A stretch of 63,943 nucleotides of DNA, filler included, from Parasitella parasitica NRRL 2501 (taxonomy: Eukaryota; Fungi; Mucoromycota), in the NCBI GenBank assembly GCA_025201805.1. It is 9 parts of 9 records of this genome, joined end to end, with 100 filler letters (N's around TTAATTAATTAA, not from the genome) between each part and the next. Parts side by side here need not be neighbours in the genome. Positions count along the whole stretch, not along the records: positions 1 to 30,163 come from MU619438.1; 8 more parts are not named here. One strand, 5' to 3'. The notes below the pieces were generated by a model. The model made no database searches. It was not told the DNA's origin and saw nothing but the letters and a program-made list of their open reading frames with translations. The translations under genes were made by a program, and so were the position numbers. Shown one piece after another: positions 1-13,359 of this stretch (its first letter is position 1; every line of letters begins with the position of its first letter).

Positions 1-2628
1 ACTTCTTTGAGGCAAGATATCATCCTTTGATACTATGCATACCACGGCTGTTAGTCTATGATAATAGCTGTATATTTGGGCACGCTACACGATGGTGTTA
101 TTTTAATAAGCCCCGTATGCCTGTGGAAGGAATTCTGCCAAAAAACGTCAAAAACAGATAAAGAGAGAAAAGTCAATATTTTGCTTAATCGGAGCGCATT
201 TCTAGTCTTTCAGATCCTAGAATAGTCTTTTACGATCATTTTCCTCTAATATATGGTATAATAAAAAGTTGCGTTTTTGGGGTCAAAATCGAGGATAATG
301 CACTTTCGATGATTTTAGATGCGTGGATACAAGGAAAAGATCGAAAAAATCCGTTATTTTGCATCGAAAAAAAAAATCATGCTCAAATTGCACCAAAATC
401 ATATATAATATAGTTTTTTCCCTATGGATACTATTTCTGGTCTTTTCGGGACACTTTCAATTATAAAAATCAATGAAAAATGGCACACAAAAGTAAATTC
501 TTGCTTTTAAGCTGTATTTCTTGCTTCTTAGCTGTAAAAAACATCTACTTGGAGATGATATCACGTCGACATCAATTCTAGTACATTACACAGCTCTATA
601 AAGTAAGTTTTTTTATTACCACAAGTATACCTTTCCTCATAGTTATATAATCAAACAAGTGTGCCCCATCGATTTGGATAGTTAATGAATACAATGTTTT
701 GCTATAATAACCCCTAGCTATTTGTGAATGATTCATAAGTTGCTAATTGCTAGTGACAGAGAAGCCCTATTGCATTGATGCTTATAATAATGCTTACTGT
801 CAGTTCAATAGTTTCTTTTTTTTTTTTTGTAATTCTAATCCAACAAATGTAAAAATAAAAAGTAAAATGAAGGTTAAGATTGAGGTTGAGGGTGATTTTA
901 CCAACAAAAGTTAAGCTTCATAAATATGCTTCTGGCAGATCCCAGGTTCCAGGCACTGTACTGTACTCATTTTCAAGACCTGGCACAACATGTTTATTTG
1001 TGTTTTATCGCGAAATTTGAAATATACATCAGCACCTTTGGCTCAAACGAAGGCGCAAAACTTACCAAGAGGCCAGACTATCAATTCATCGAACTACAAC
1101 TTACATGTCAATATACCTTTCTCCAAACCAAGTGTTCCTGAAAATCCAAAAACTTGACGTCAATGTTGTTTCCCCACTAAAATTATAGGGCCAAGTAGTT
1201 TTTTATTTGAGAAATCTTTGTGCCACGCCTTAAAAAGGAGCACAGCGGATGATTGTAAGTGATAGTAGAAAACGAGAAAGTAATAAAGATTGTAAATTTA
1301 CCAGATACAAGATAATGATTTCATTGATTGTTAAGAGGCTGTTTATTTACGTAGAATAAATTTACATGAATCAACCTATGAAGACAGTTGGATCTTGCGA
1401 GGCATTTAATTGCCAANNNNNNNNNNNNNNNNNNNNNNNNNNNNNNNNNNNNNNNNNNNNNNNNNNNNNNNNNNNNNNNNNNNNNNNNNNNNNNNNNNNN
1501 NNNNNNNNNNNNNNNNNNNNNNNNNNNNNNNNNNNNNNNNNNNNNNNNNNNNNNNNNNNNNNNNNNNNNNNNNNNNNNNNNNNNNNNNNNNNNNNNNNNN
1601 NNNNNNNNNNNNNNNNNNNNNNNNNNNNNNNNNNNNNNNNNNNNNNNNNNNNNNNNNNNNNNNNNNNNNNNNNNNNNNNNNNNNNNNNNNNNNNNNNNNN
1701 NNNNNNNNNNNNNNNNNNNNNNNNNNNNNNNNNNNNNNNNNNNNNNNNNNNNNNNNNNNNNNNNNNNNNNNNNNNNNNNNNNNNNNNNNNNNNNNNNNNN
1801 NNNNNNNNNNNNNNNNNNNNNNNNNNNNNNNNNNNNNNNNNNNNNNNNNNNNNNNNNNNNNNNNNNNNNNNNNNNNNNNNNNNNNNNNNNNNNNNNNNNN
1901 NNNNNNNNNNNNNNNNNNNNNNNNNNNNNNNNNNNNNNNNNNNNNNNNNNNNNNNNNNNNNNNNNNNNNNNNNNNNNNNNNNNNNNNNNNNNNNNNNNNN
2001 NNNNNNNNNNNNNNNNNNNNNNNNNNNNNNNNNNNNNNNNNNNNNNNNNNNNNNNNNNNNNNNNNNNNNNNNNNNNAAAAAAAAAAAAAAAAATAGGAAA
2101 ATAGCATCAGCGTGTACAACCAGAAAAGCGATGTTTGAGCACCTCATTTGAAAGAATCCGTCATTGCGCAACAAACTGCATTGTTTGTTTGAATATTTCA
2201 TGCCACTGCAGAATAAGAAAAGATACTTGAAAAACGCCCCCGTTCAATTTAACCATATCTCGTGTACATATTTCTTACAAAACTTTGCACTGAAGGTGTA
2301 CAACTTTGGTACAAACATTGCTACTGTTCATTATGTCATTGGATAGCATTTGTACGCTATGTGGAATTGCTTGACTGTACGTCATCTTAAAACAGATGTG
2401 GAAGAGTTGGATGTGACTCGAGGAGGATGCCATTTTGATTGGCTTTTTCTAATGTATATACAGCATTCGTCGAAGACAACAACAAGAAAAAGTCTTCTTT
2501 ATTCTCGTAGTTTCTATTCCTTCTTGGTCCCTGATTTTATATTTATACTTGGAGAAGATAGTGAGAGAGGAATTTTTTCTTTAAATAAAAAAAAGCAAGA
2601 AGCGACAAGAATAACGAAATAGAACGTG

Positions 2629-3239
2629 ATGGTATTACAGCAATTTGGATTAAATCCAGTAACTACATCGACTAATACAGCAACAAAATTTCAACAAGAA
2701 GTTACATTTACCCCGCCTTTTGACATAAAGGAAGATGTCATGTCGTTCAATCAAGAGCAACATAAGAATCCATCGATGCCATCCCCACCCTGTTCCGTAC
2801 CTGAGCAACAAAATCTGCACCAGCACCACTTTACTCAACAGCAAGCGATGATGGCTATACCAAACTCATCTCCAAACGGTTTATTTGACCATGGCAATTC
2901 CCTGAGGATTATGCCTCATTTTAGCAATGATGAACATCAGCAGATGTTGAATGAGATTATGCCCACAGAGTTTACTACAGCTGATAGCAATGATAATGTA
3001 GTTGCAGTTGATCATCATCACATGCATCAGCATCAGCACCAGCACCAGCACCAGCAGCACCAGCAGCACCAGCAGCAGCAACAGCAAATAATGGCTAATA
3101 TAATACATAATCGGCAACAACAACAACAGCAACAGCAACAAATTTTATTGAACAACCACCGTCATTTAAATGTAAACGATTCCAATATCGAGCTACAGTA
3201 TTCTGAGCAGGTACACACTTCTCAACCACCACCACCACC

Positions 3240-3270
<31 letters not shown>

Positions 3271-4323
3271 TTTATTTTCATGTATGATAGCAATGGCCCT
3301 ATCAAGAATACATCAGGCAATGAAATTATGGTACCAACGCAACAAGAACTAAAGTTACAGCATCCACAGCCAACACAACCATTACAAATGCAGCATCCGC
3401 AAGCCGAGCAACAATTACAACCGCAAACACAATTACAATCGCAACCACAACCACAAATACAAACGCAACAGGAGCAATCAGCAAGAATAGATGTGAAGCA
3501 ATTTGAAGACATGTCAAGAGAAGAACTAATTGCGAGGTTAGTGGTACTTGAAAAGGAAAAGCATGCCATGAATTCAGCAGAAGATTCAATTGAGGATGGC
3601 AATTCGGTTCCTTCCTGTGACGACAATACCGAGGAGGAAAGCTCGCTGCAGCCTGAAGATGAAGAAGACGATGTCTTGGGTGATGTACCTGCAGGGACAA
3701 CGTCCGAAATTACAGAGCAACCTCGTAAATGCCTATGGATCAACTGTGGAGAGGCATTTGATGTTTTACCAAAATTAATCACGCACATTACTGAAGTGCA
3801 CGTGGGAGGTGGCAAGGTACATTTGCACACATTGTTGTGTAATTTCGTTGCTAAATCTTGTTGACTATAGGCAACCTACAGATGTGAATGGGAGAATTGT
3901 GCGAGAATTGATAAACCATTTACAAAGAGGCATAAAATGTATAATCATCTTCGAACGCACACAGGTGAAAGACCATTTGCATGTCCAAAACCAGGTAAAG
4001 CCAAGAATGCAGTTGATTAGATTTGCACGTTTCATTGATCCTTTTTCTGTAAAGACTGTGAAAAGAAATTCTCTAGGCCCGATTCTTTGACGACACACAT
4101 CAAGACACATTCCAATGTTCGACCATTTGTATGCAGCTTCAAAGGATGCGGAAAAGCTTACTATCATTCTCGATCTTTGAAGAAACATGAAAAGATTCAC
4201 GAAATTAATGAGCAAACTTTGTGCTCTCCCCCATTACCACCGCCTTCTTATGAACAGGTTGTCATGACATCGAGCGCCAATTTTGGTTCTATCCAAACAC
4301 AACTGGCACAGCCACAACCACTA

Positions 4324-4358
<35 letters not shown>

Positions 4359-4614
4359 ACAGCAGCAACAACAGATGTCTGTGCCATTCGATACAAACAT
4401 GCCATATTATCAACCACCTCAATCGTCTTTAAACACAACACCTACATCAACTAATCCACCATTCACTTTAACTACCTCCCTCGATTTTGACTTTCCTGCT
4501 ACTACTGGTGCTGCCGCGACTCCAGCAACCGCCGGCAATAATGATTATGTTATTGATAATGACAATATGATTCAAACTTTTATGGGATCATCGCCACTTC
4601 CAGGTGGTCATTAG
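2629..4614 (+). CDS. Gli/Zic/Iec1-like C2H2 zinc-finger transcription factor with polyQ/QH tracts (3 exons)
   Basis: Splicing GT-AG introns ~3817-3870 and ~3995-4053 gives four fingers: CLWINC..HITEVH, CEWENC..HLRTH-TGERPF, CPKPDC..HIKTH, CSFKGC..HEKIH. The tandem CxW fingers are typical of the Gli/Zic/PacC class. Confidence 0.85.
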
Positions 4615-5765
4615 AAGATAACATTATTTGTCATAATTGCAAATTTTTTTTTCTTCCATTTAACCTATCTATCCATCTATCTTTTCAATAGGCTGGCCCT
4701 AAAAAAAAATGTCAACTACATTGCAACTACACTACATGCGCGATACTCCAACCACCTCTCCTAAATTCATTCTTTTCTCCCATTTATGATGTATTATATT
4801 CTCTCATTTTATGTAGCTATTTCACAAATCCACAACTTTTTTAGTAAAAAAAAAAAAAATAACGTATGATTTAAAATGAACTTTTGAAATTGTCTTTGTA
4901 GTCTGTTCAAAGCTAGCGACTTTTTGTTTCAGGTACATTGAAAAGTACATAGCCGATAGAGCATTGATGGTTGATATTTCGTTGACATAAATTGGTGTTG
5001 CTAGTGAACTAAAGATATAAATACAGCATTGGGTATGCTACCAGTGTATCAGCCTACATTGTTAAAGCGAACAGTCTTCTTGTGGACATATTCAGTTTGG
5101 ATGACGCTACCAAAAGGGCCACAAAATAGGACAGAGGGCTGTGCTCATAACCAAGCAACTGAAGAAAACCTTGCTGAAGATATGAAAGGATCTATACCTG
5201 TAGCCGCTAGTTATGTAACCTAGAATACTGGCAGAGCCGACAAACCAACATTTGATGAGCGAGGCGATACAAGCAATGACAGTCGAATAATTTTATGTAG
5301 CCTGAATATAATTACACACATTGATATCGTAAGAAAATTTAGTGTAAAATCATGGTTTTTACATCAACACTCCTGTAGTTGCATACAGCTGTTCTATCTG
5401 TTAACGACTTGTAAATAAAATAAAAAGAAAGAGTGATTATGAGCTGATTATGGTAGGGGATCAGGAGGAAGAGAAGTGGGCGAGCTCTCGGACCATAGAA
5501 GAGTGGAATGTGGAGTTCACAAAAAAAAACTTGCTTTCATTACTGTTGGCGTTTCATCATAATCCATGTATATATTGTTTGCTGCAACTGCTTACAACTC
5601 TTGTACAACTTGAAGGCCATTTCTCGTTCTTAACTTTTTGACATGTTTTTGTTTCCATGGTGAACAATCCGCAGCAATTGAGTTTCAAACGACTGCGGTT
5701 GCCCTCAAGCAACAATCGTTATATAAACAGTTTTAAATGATTGTTTTCTACGATATTGTCTTGCC

Positions 5766-7046
5766 ATGTCTGAAGAACACGCTCAACATCCCAAGAAACC
5801 CAATAACATTGATGAACTCAAAAGATTAAAGCAGCTAAAAAAGGAAGCCAAGAAGCGACTCAACAGTAAGCCCCAGGTCGAACAATCCCCACCAGGCAAA
5901 GTGTTTGAGCGTCCATTTGCCGCTGTTCCTGATCAGCCGATACTTGACAGCCCATCAGGACAAGTTCGCGTCATGACTTTTAACGTAAGCTTAGCATCTC
6001 GTTTTATAGAGTGCACTTGATTAGATTAACGTGAAAAGTAGATATTGGCGCAATCTCTGATCAAGCGAAATCTGTTTCCTGATTCAGGCGACTTCATCAA
6101 GTGGAAGCAGAGAAGAAGGATGGTTTTGGATGAGATCAAGCTTTACAATCCGGATGTTCTTACCATGCAAGAGCTGGATAACTTTGAAGCGTATTTTGAA
6201 GCAAAGTTTGCAGAGATGGGATACCAAGTTTTGTATTACACACACCCGACAAAGCGTCATGGCTGTGGCATTGCTTTCAAGACGGACAAGTTTGACTATG
6301 TAGAGTATGATACCGTGGACTACAATACAGATGCGCTGTGTCGACCATCGTATATGACTGGAAACATCGCACAGCTGTTGGCATTGCGGTTGAAGTCGAA
6401 TCCCGATATCGGGTTTGTTGTGGGAAACACGCATTTGTATTGGAGGCCTTCGTCGAATTATGAACGATTCCGACAGACCATCATCTACTCTAATCACCTA
6501 CTAGAATTCAAAGAAAAGCAGAGTGCTACTACGAAATGGGAGCCTCTGCTGCTTGGTGATTTTAACACGACGCCAGATGACGCTGCTTATGGCTTGTTGA
6601 CCACAAGCCAACTGTCAGACTTTCACATTGAAGATCTAAATGCTTCTCGCACCTACAAACCATCCGCTGACGACAGCCAAAACGATCAAGAGGACGAGGA
6701 GGGGGATGGAGAGCAGAGTGTGTCGATTTCAGTTGATGAGCTGGATTCCGTCGAGTCGCTACTGGCCAAGTACCAAAATGACAGCAAATGGAAGAGTATA
6801 TACAGCCATGTTGGCAGCGTAAATGCGGATCCCAACAGTCTGGGGCTCTTTGGAGAACCACGGTTTACTCACTATGCTTCGCAGTTTCAAGGGACTTTGG
6901 ACTACATGTTTATAGACTGCGGCTCATCTTTGAGGATAAAAAGCCTACTGCTGATGCCTGATGAGCAGGAACATTTAAGGCCCTCATTGCCTAATAAGTA
7001 CTTTGGGAGCGACCATTTATGTTTGGTTGCAGATCTAGAGCTTTAA
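5766..7046 (+). CDS. EEP-superfamily nuclease/phosphatase, Ngl/Angel (CCR4-related) type (2 exons)
   Basis: VMTFN|ILAQ across an intron at ~5985-6041; QELD, NTHLYWRP, GDFNTTP, TLDY and GSDH motifs; no LRR domain. Confidence 0.85.
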
Positions 7047-7125
7047 TTTTTTTCTCTTTCGCTTTTCTCGGTTTTTTGTTTTTTTGTATTTTTGTTTTTT
7101 TTTGCTGCAAAATAAAAAAAAACCC

Positions 7126-9267
7126 ATGAAAGTGCAGATACTTGTGCCTAGTCAGAACCAAAGGGCCTTTAGCGTCGACGTTGCCAAAGACGAAACCGTA
7201 GCAGCGTTTCGACGATTGCTGATGAAGACATTGGGTATGCTCCAAGATGCCTCATTTTCATTGATTGCTCTTGGAAAGATTGTAAGTCTTTATTTTGCAC
7301 TTTCGGCGTTCACTAATCCAACGGAACAAAAGCTGCAGGACCATTGTCAAGATGGCACGCCGGCCAGACTATACTCGACTTACAGAGTGCGAGACAAATC
7401 AAGTGTGTTTGTACATTTGTATGCTGCTGCGAAAAAGCGCACGAGACACGATCGAGCTGTCGTTTTTGTAGGCCGAAAACGGCAAAAGACAGCGACTATC
7501 GAAAACATGGACACCATCACCTTGCCATTCGACGATTTTGTCTGTCCAACGTGCAGCAATGACACGCGTCAGAAAACCTGCGCCGATTGCGGATGCGTAA
7601 AGTGTCTGCTCAAGACAGGCGATCCATTGGTAAGTGCGTCCCCAACATCCGCTTCTCTTTACACTGGAATTAAGTCTGTTTACGTGTAGATATGCGATCA
7701 ATGCAATGGCTACTGGCACCTTGCATGCGCAGGGTTAGCAGCGCCACCAAAATATCAATACTGGTAACGTAGCATATTTCATACAGAATGGATGCAGCAT
7801 ATGAACGGTTGTTTTGTTTGCAGGTATTGCCCTGACTGCTACAACGGTGATCATGAAAACGTCATTGGAAAGGAAGCCCAGTTGCAGACCTCAAACAACA
7901 AAATGCTCGCCATGAAAGGACCAGAGTGCGCCGTAGTCCCATATTTCCACGTTGGCAAAATACCAGGAGTCTCTGTCGGTCAGACGTGGGCTACAAAGGA
8001 ACTGCTTGCTGAATGGGGAGTGCATAGAGCACCATCCAAGCAGATGATTGGTAATAGCAAAGTGGGCACTGTGTCTATTCTTCTAGCATATGGCATCATT
8101 GAGGATAGAGATGATGGCGACGAATTCATTTATTCGGGCCTTGGAAGAAACTCAAAGAAAAAATCAGTTCATTCCAACAAACAAATAGGGCCGCAAACGC
8201 TAGAAAATGGCAACATCTATTTGGCTATTACCTGCAATGCGCCGGTGGATGCAAAACGAGGCGCAAGGGCGATCAATTGGAGAGATAGCCAGCCTATTCG
8301 TGTGTGTAGAGCGAGTACATTCAAGGCAATTCACCCGGAATTTGCGCCTGCTGAGGGATTTAGATATGACGGAGAGTACAAGATTGTGAAATATTGGCCA
8401 TATACAGGTATGTTGACCGCTGAGCAACTAAAAAAAAAACAACAACGACAACAACAGCTGTATAACATCATTGGCAGAACCGACTACAGGCAACGTTATT
8501 TGGAAGTTTTTGTTTAGAAGAGATGATCCCGAAATGCCACCTTGGTCTCCGGAGGGGAGGAGAGTCGTGACCAGGAAACGCCTTCGAATGATTGGCACAG
8601 ACGACGAGGATACAGAATGGTTGAAAAGATACGCAATCAGCTATTCGGCCAAGATAGCCATTAAGAGAGATGTTCAGAACAGGAGATTGTGGGACCAAAT
8701 TGCTCAAATGGAGTTCTGGTCTAAATTTGAGTTTCTCCAGTATATTTTTGATGAAGCATTTGCATGTTCCAGCCATGCATGCTCCAAACCTATCAAGGTA
8801 TACAGGCGGCATATTTTTGTGCAAGCAGCAATCTTACTTTGCAATGTTAGGACCCTATTACAATGCCCTGTGGTCATATCTGTTGTATGCGATGTCTTGT
8901 GAAAAGCAAGTCTAACCAGTGCTTTATTTGTCGAAGCAATATACCCCCTGAAGCTATACAAGTAAACCAAAGACTGGTTAGTGTTCTACGTGCCATTAAC
9001 TCTGCTTATGGCAAACCCGGGTCTCCTGCCCGGGTGCCTTCAGCCAAGCTTGCGGCGCAATTAAAGAGAGAGCGCCCAAAACTTAAAAGAGTTCGAATAG
9101 TCATCGAATCACTGAAAGATTCAAGCAAAGCGAGGGTACAGAGCAAATCACATAAACAAGACAAGGCGCCCATTGTTTATAAATATAAGCCATTTGTGAT
9201 AATCGATTCACGCAAGGCACACTCACCGTCTGAACCATCTACAGTATATAGCACTAGAAGCAAATAA
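7126..9267 (+). CDS. UHRF1-like protein: ubiquitin-like, PHD, SRA/YDG and RING domains (multi-exon)
   Basis: N-terminal UBL-like region; PHD CxCxxC..ICDQC..WHLAC..W|YCPDC; SRA GKIPGVSVGQTW..GVHR..PIRVCR..GFRYDGEY..RRDDPEMPPW; RING C..PCGHICCMRC..CFICR. Confidence 0.85.
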
Positions 9268-10019
9268 ATAAGGTACAAGACAAGCTAACAAAAAGACGAC
9301 CTGTTCAATTAAACCATGCGAATAAGGACAATAAAAGAAATACTTGTAACTTTAATCTTGTCATGTATGTTTACCAAGTAAACTGCTATGATGTACTCTT
9401 GAATTAGTTCTCTTCAACTATGTGGTTGTCCATGTAGATGAATGCAAGTATATGTTATAAAAACTTGCTATCTATTGACCTTTTAGATGTAGTGTGCATA
9501 AGAAGGAAATGTCGACGATAGCTACATTGAGTACTAGACGATTCGTGGCATGTTTTACAGAAACCAACAAACTTTGCTGGTCAATGATGCAAATACCATA
9601 CAAATTCCGACGTGTTCTGGCTACAATGTTTCTTAGCATTGAGTACATCGAGCGTGTCGAATATTTGGTTTTCAGTTATACGTAAATTGAATTTACCAAG
9701 CAGCAAAAACCTGTTATCATTCTTTGCCACCAAGCCTTCTTTGAAAGATTTAAACTCATTATTGCTGCGGATGTGATGAAAAAGACAAGAGAAAAGATTC
9801 TTATTTCTTTGTTTATTGAATTCATAATTTTGAAATTACCCAAAAGCGTAAATTGGTATAGTCAAATGCGCAAATTGGGGTTCTGTCCAAAAATGCCAAT
9901 TGAAAAGTTTAGAAGCGCAAAGGAGTTTTCAAAAAGCGTCATTTGGCGCCCCCTCCCCCCACCCGGAGGCACTGTATAATATATAATAATGATTAAAATG
10001 GAAGATTTGGAATTACACA

Positions 10020-11890
10020 TTAAAGCTTTTCTTGGTCAACTTGCACAGTCTCAACGACACCTGATGGATTGTTTGTCTCACGTCTTTTCGCCCAGAACGG
10101 TGCTAACCACCCAAATAAGCAGCCAAAAAGAGAAAGAGGACGAGTAGCACCATCTTTATTAGAGACAACCTTGTTTGTTGTCTCTGTGAAAGACAGGGTC
10201 TTTGGTTTGGAGACCCTTAAACCCAGTTAGTATGGTGATGATGAGGATGAAATATAGGATGGCTGTAAAGTACTCACTTTTGCTGCTGCTGTTCTTTTTC
10301 AGCCAACATGGCAATCAGCGCGCCGCCAATACTACCCCCGTCTGTAGCCAATTCCAGCTGAATACGTTGGCTCACCTGAGGATCAAACCAGGCGACGAGC
10401 GAATCGCAGATGCGCTGGTGCATGTTGGGATACTTTTCATATGTGGAGCCATTCACACCGATTACAATAGGGCCAGACCCCGCCATCAAATCCTGCTGTT
10501 GCTCAATAAGAGAGGCCATGGCGGCAGCAGCTAGCCTGGCTGCACGGTCCGAGACAAGTCGGCATAGCTCTGTAAACACGTTCAAGTCGTCCAAGTCCAT
10601 TGTGTATTCGCCCTCGAAATGAATCAAGTCTCCAAGATGTTCCAAACGTGCCTCGACTGAGTCATCAAGACGCCTACACGTGAGGTTTATATTTAGATTG
10701 CCTGCTTGTAACGCAGCACCGTGTACCACGCTCAGGATTATATAACGACAACGTACCCTTCGATATCGCTCGGAATGGACGTGCTAAATTCCATGGACAC
10801 AGTAAACTCAGTGGGACGATGACCCTTAAATAACTTTGCGTTCTCAATCAAATCCAGGGCAGCCAGTCTCACCAATTCCCCGATACACGCCCCAGACATC
10901 ATTTTCTCGTATAGCTGGAAATCAGGCTGCGAGTGATTAGCGTCGAGCTGGCGGTCGTATTTGTTGAGAGGCAGATAGGCATCGCTCCCAAAAATGTCGA
11001 TTTCCGTGTTCACCAGCATGGTTGCGTCTGGCGAGAAGCAGTGGTCTTGCAGCTTTCCTTTCAGCTTGACCATGCGTGACACTTTTTCGGGATAGGCTGC
11101 ATTCACCCCAGTGCCATAAATAAAGCCCACACGGGCATTTGGATTTGTGTATGCATGCGCAACGAGTGTGCCAACAGTGTCATTCAGAAGAGCTGTCACT
11201 TTGACATTTACATTCTACATAAGCACATGAACTTGAGTCAGCCTGTCCGCAGTATCCTGTTTCCAGCGAGTTTATATACCTTGCGTGTGAATGCGTTGTG
11301 AAACAGTGTAGAGACGTCGTAGCCCTCGACTCCCTCGATCGTAAAGCCTTTGCCCATTCGAAGAATCCTGCCTGCAGAGATACTTGTTTGACTATGTGTG
11401 TTTGTAAGCATCAAATCCAGACCTCAACGTACATACGTGATTTTTGTAAAACATACTCCAAGGGAAAACTCCAGCACACACCCAGCGAAAGAGGGCCGTC
11501 TGCATGAACAGTGTCATGGCCGATCTTTTCTATCAATTCGGCAATCGCATCTACAATCCAGTCAAAGAAGGCTGCTGCTCCACTGGTTCTCAGCGGATCA
11601 TTGGGAGCAATGTGGCGACGAACCTCTGTTACGGCGACTTGGCAATCTCCGAGCAGCTCGACGGCACACACTCGAAGCGTACTGCCTCCCAAATCCAGGG
11701 CAAGGTAGGTGCCCTTTTCCTTACCGGTGGGCAGTGTCGTAACGTAGGAGGGTATCATGGTTGCGAGGCCTACTGCTGAGGCTGTATTGAGGCCGCTATC
11801 ATACTCTGCCTGGAAGCCGTCAACGATAGATTTGAATGTCGCTTGACTTAGATCAAACTCTTTTCGAATAGAGAACAACGGATCCGTCAT
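10020..11890 (-). CDS. Hexokinase-family sugar kinase, fungal N-acetylglucosamine-kinase type, with a spliced C-terminal tail
   Basis: LALDLGGSTLRV, LGVCWSFPLE, MGKGF, LLNDTVGTL, GTGVNAAY, DGGSIGGA. The GGST and WSFP variants differ from classical GGTN/FSFP hexokinases. The last intron, 10216-10277 (GTGAGT..TACTAAC..AAG), adds an in-frame exon ending at TAA 10020. Confidence 0.8.
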
Positions 11891-11936
11891 GATTTGCGAG
11901 GGAAAGGAAAAAAAAAATAAGCTAAAAAATTCAAGG

Positions 11937-11973
<37 letters not shown>

Positions 11974-12250
11974 AAAGAAAAAAAAAAAAAAAAAAGGCAC
12001 AGTAGTAAAGGAAAGGATGATATATTTATACTCTTCTGGCTCAGGTTTTTCTTGTTAATCAAGTGGTTTGCTTTGTCAGGTGGTACGTTGTGCAAGGTGC
12101 TACATTGGAATCGCACGCTTTTTCCCTGAGACCCTGATTACATATTATTGGTACACTTAGATAATTGTTTTGTTTATTTAAAAAATGATGATAAAGAGTA
12201 TATAAGTAATAGAGGTACAGGACAGAATATGGAAATGAGAAACTTTGGCC

Positions 12251-13359
12251 TTACTCGTCATAGGGGCCGTTCAAGGGTGTCTGCGATCTCGAGCTGGAAG
12301 CCAGTTTTCTAAGCTGCTTGACACCACCCTGGAGAGACAAGTTTTCAGGGCCAATTAGAGACTGATGGACATGCTCAATAGACTTGAAGTACTTTACAGT
12401 CTAGTCAAGAGTTGCGTGTAAGCGTAGGGGCACATTAACATAGCTATCATACCAGTCTTACCTTGACATGTAACTCTAGGGTCGCATCCTCATCACACAC
12501 AATCAAACCCTTTGGATGCATTTGAATAGCCGAAACTGTCCACATGTGGTTCACACCGCCCTCGATGCAATTAGCTAAAGCGATGGCCTATATAGTAAAT
12601 TGTTTGTGTAAGCCACGGTTTTACATTACATAATTTTGTGTGTGTTTGTGCGTGTGTGTGTGTGTGTCTGTTTACCTTGTGTGCACCAGTGATGATAACA
12701 AGAACCTCACGAGCATCCATGACTGTGGCTACACCGACAGTCAAAGCGAGCTTGGGTACCTTGGAAACATCGCCATCAAAGAAACGGGCGTTAGCAATGA
12801 TGGTTTCATAGGCCAATGTCTTAACACGGGTGCGGGAGGTCAAGGAAGAGCCAGGCTCGTTGAACGCAATATGACCATCGGGGCCAATGCCGCCCAAGAA
12901 GAGCTCAATGCCACCGACACGAGCAATCTCAGCCTCGAATTTCTTGCACTCTTCGTCCAAGTCAGGAGCATTGCCATCCAGGATGTGGACATTCTCGGGC
13001 TTGATGTTGACATGCATAAAGAGGTTCTTCCACATGAAGGAGTGGTAGGATTCGGGATGGTCACGAGGTAAGCCAACGTACTCGTCCATGTTGAATGTAA
13101 CGACATGTTCGAAACTGATTTCGCCAGCCTTGTACATTTCCACCAGGAGCTTGTATACACTTACGGGAGAAGAGCCAGTAGGAAGACCAATTACGAATGG
13201 ACGCTCAGCAGTAGGATTGAATTGCTTGACACGCTCCTTGACGTAGTTGGCTTTGTTCAAGGGATTTAGCACAACACTCTCTTCCACGGTGCATCAGTCT
13301 GTGTACTTACCAACATAGTTTGTAACCTCGTCATAATCGTCGCGAATAACCAATCTCAT
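12251..13359 (-). CDS. NAG1: Glucosamine-6-phosphate deaminase (multi-exon)
   Basis: MRLVIRDD start; [56 protein letters not shown] motifs. Confidence 0.95.

Noticed and set aside
1-1415. AT-rich sequence resembling a non-autonomous DNA transposon
   Set aside because: No paired TIR, TSD or coding signal could be shown within the window.
1366-2201. Long ORFs across N gaps (also 50879-51938)
   Set aside because: Translation of unknown bases.
2881-3830. Poly-Leu and poly-Cys ORFs on the minus strand
   Set aside because: Antisense shadows of the CAG/CAA polyQ tracts of the zinc-finger gene.
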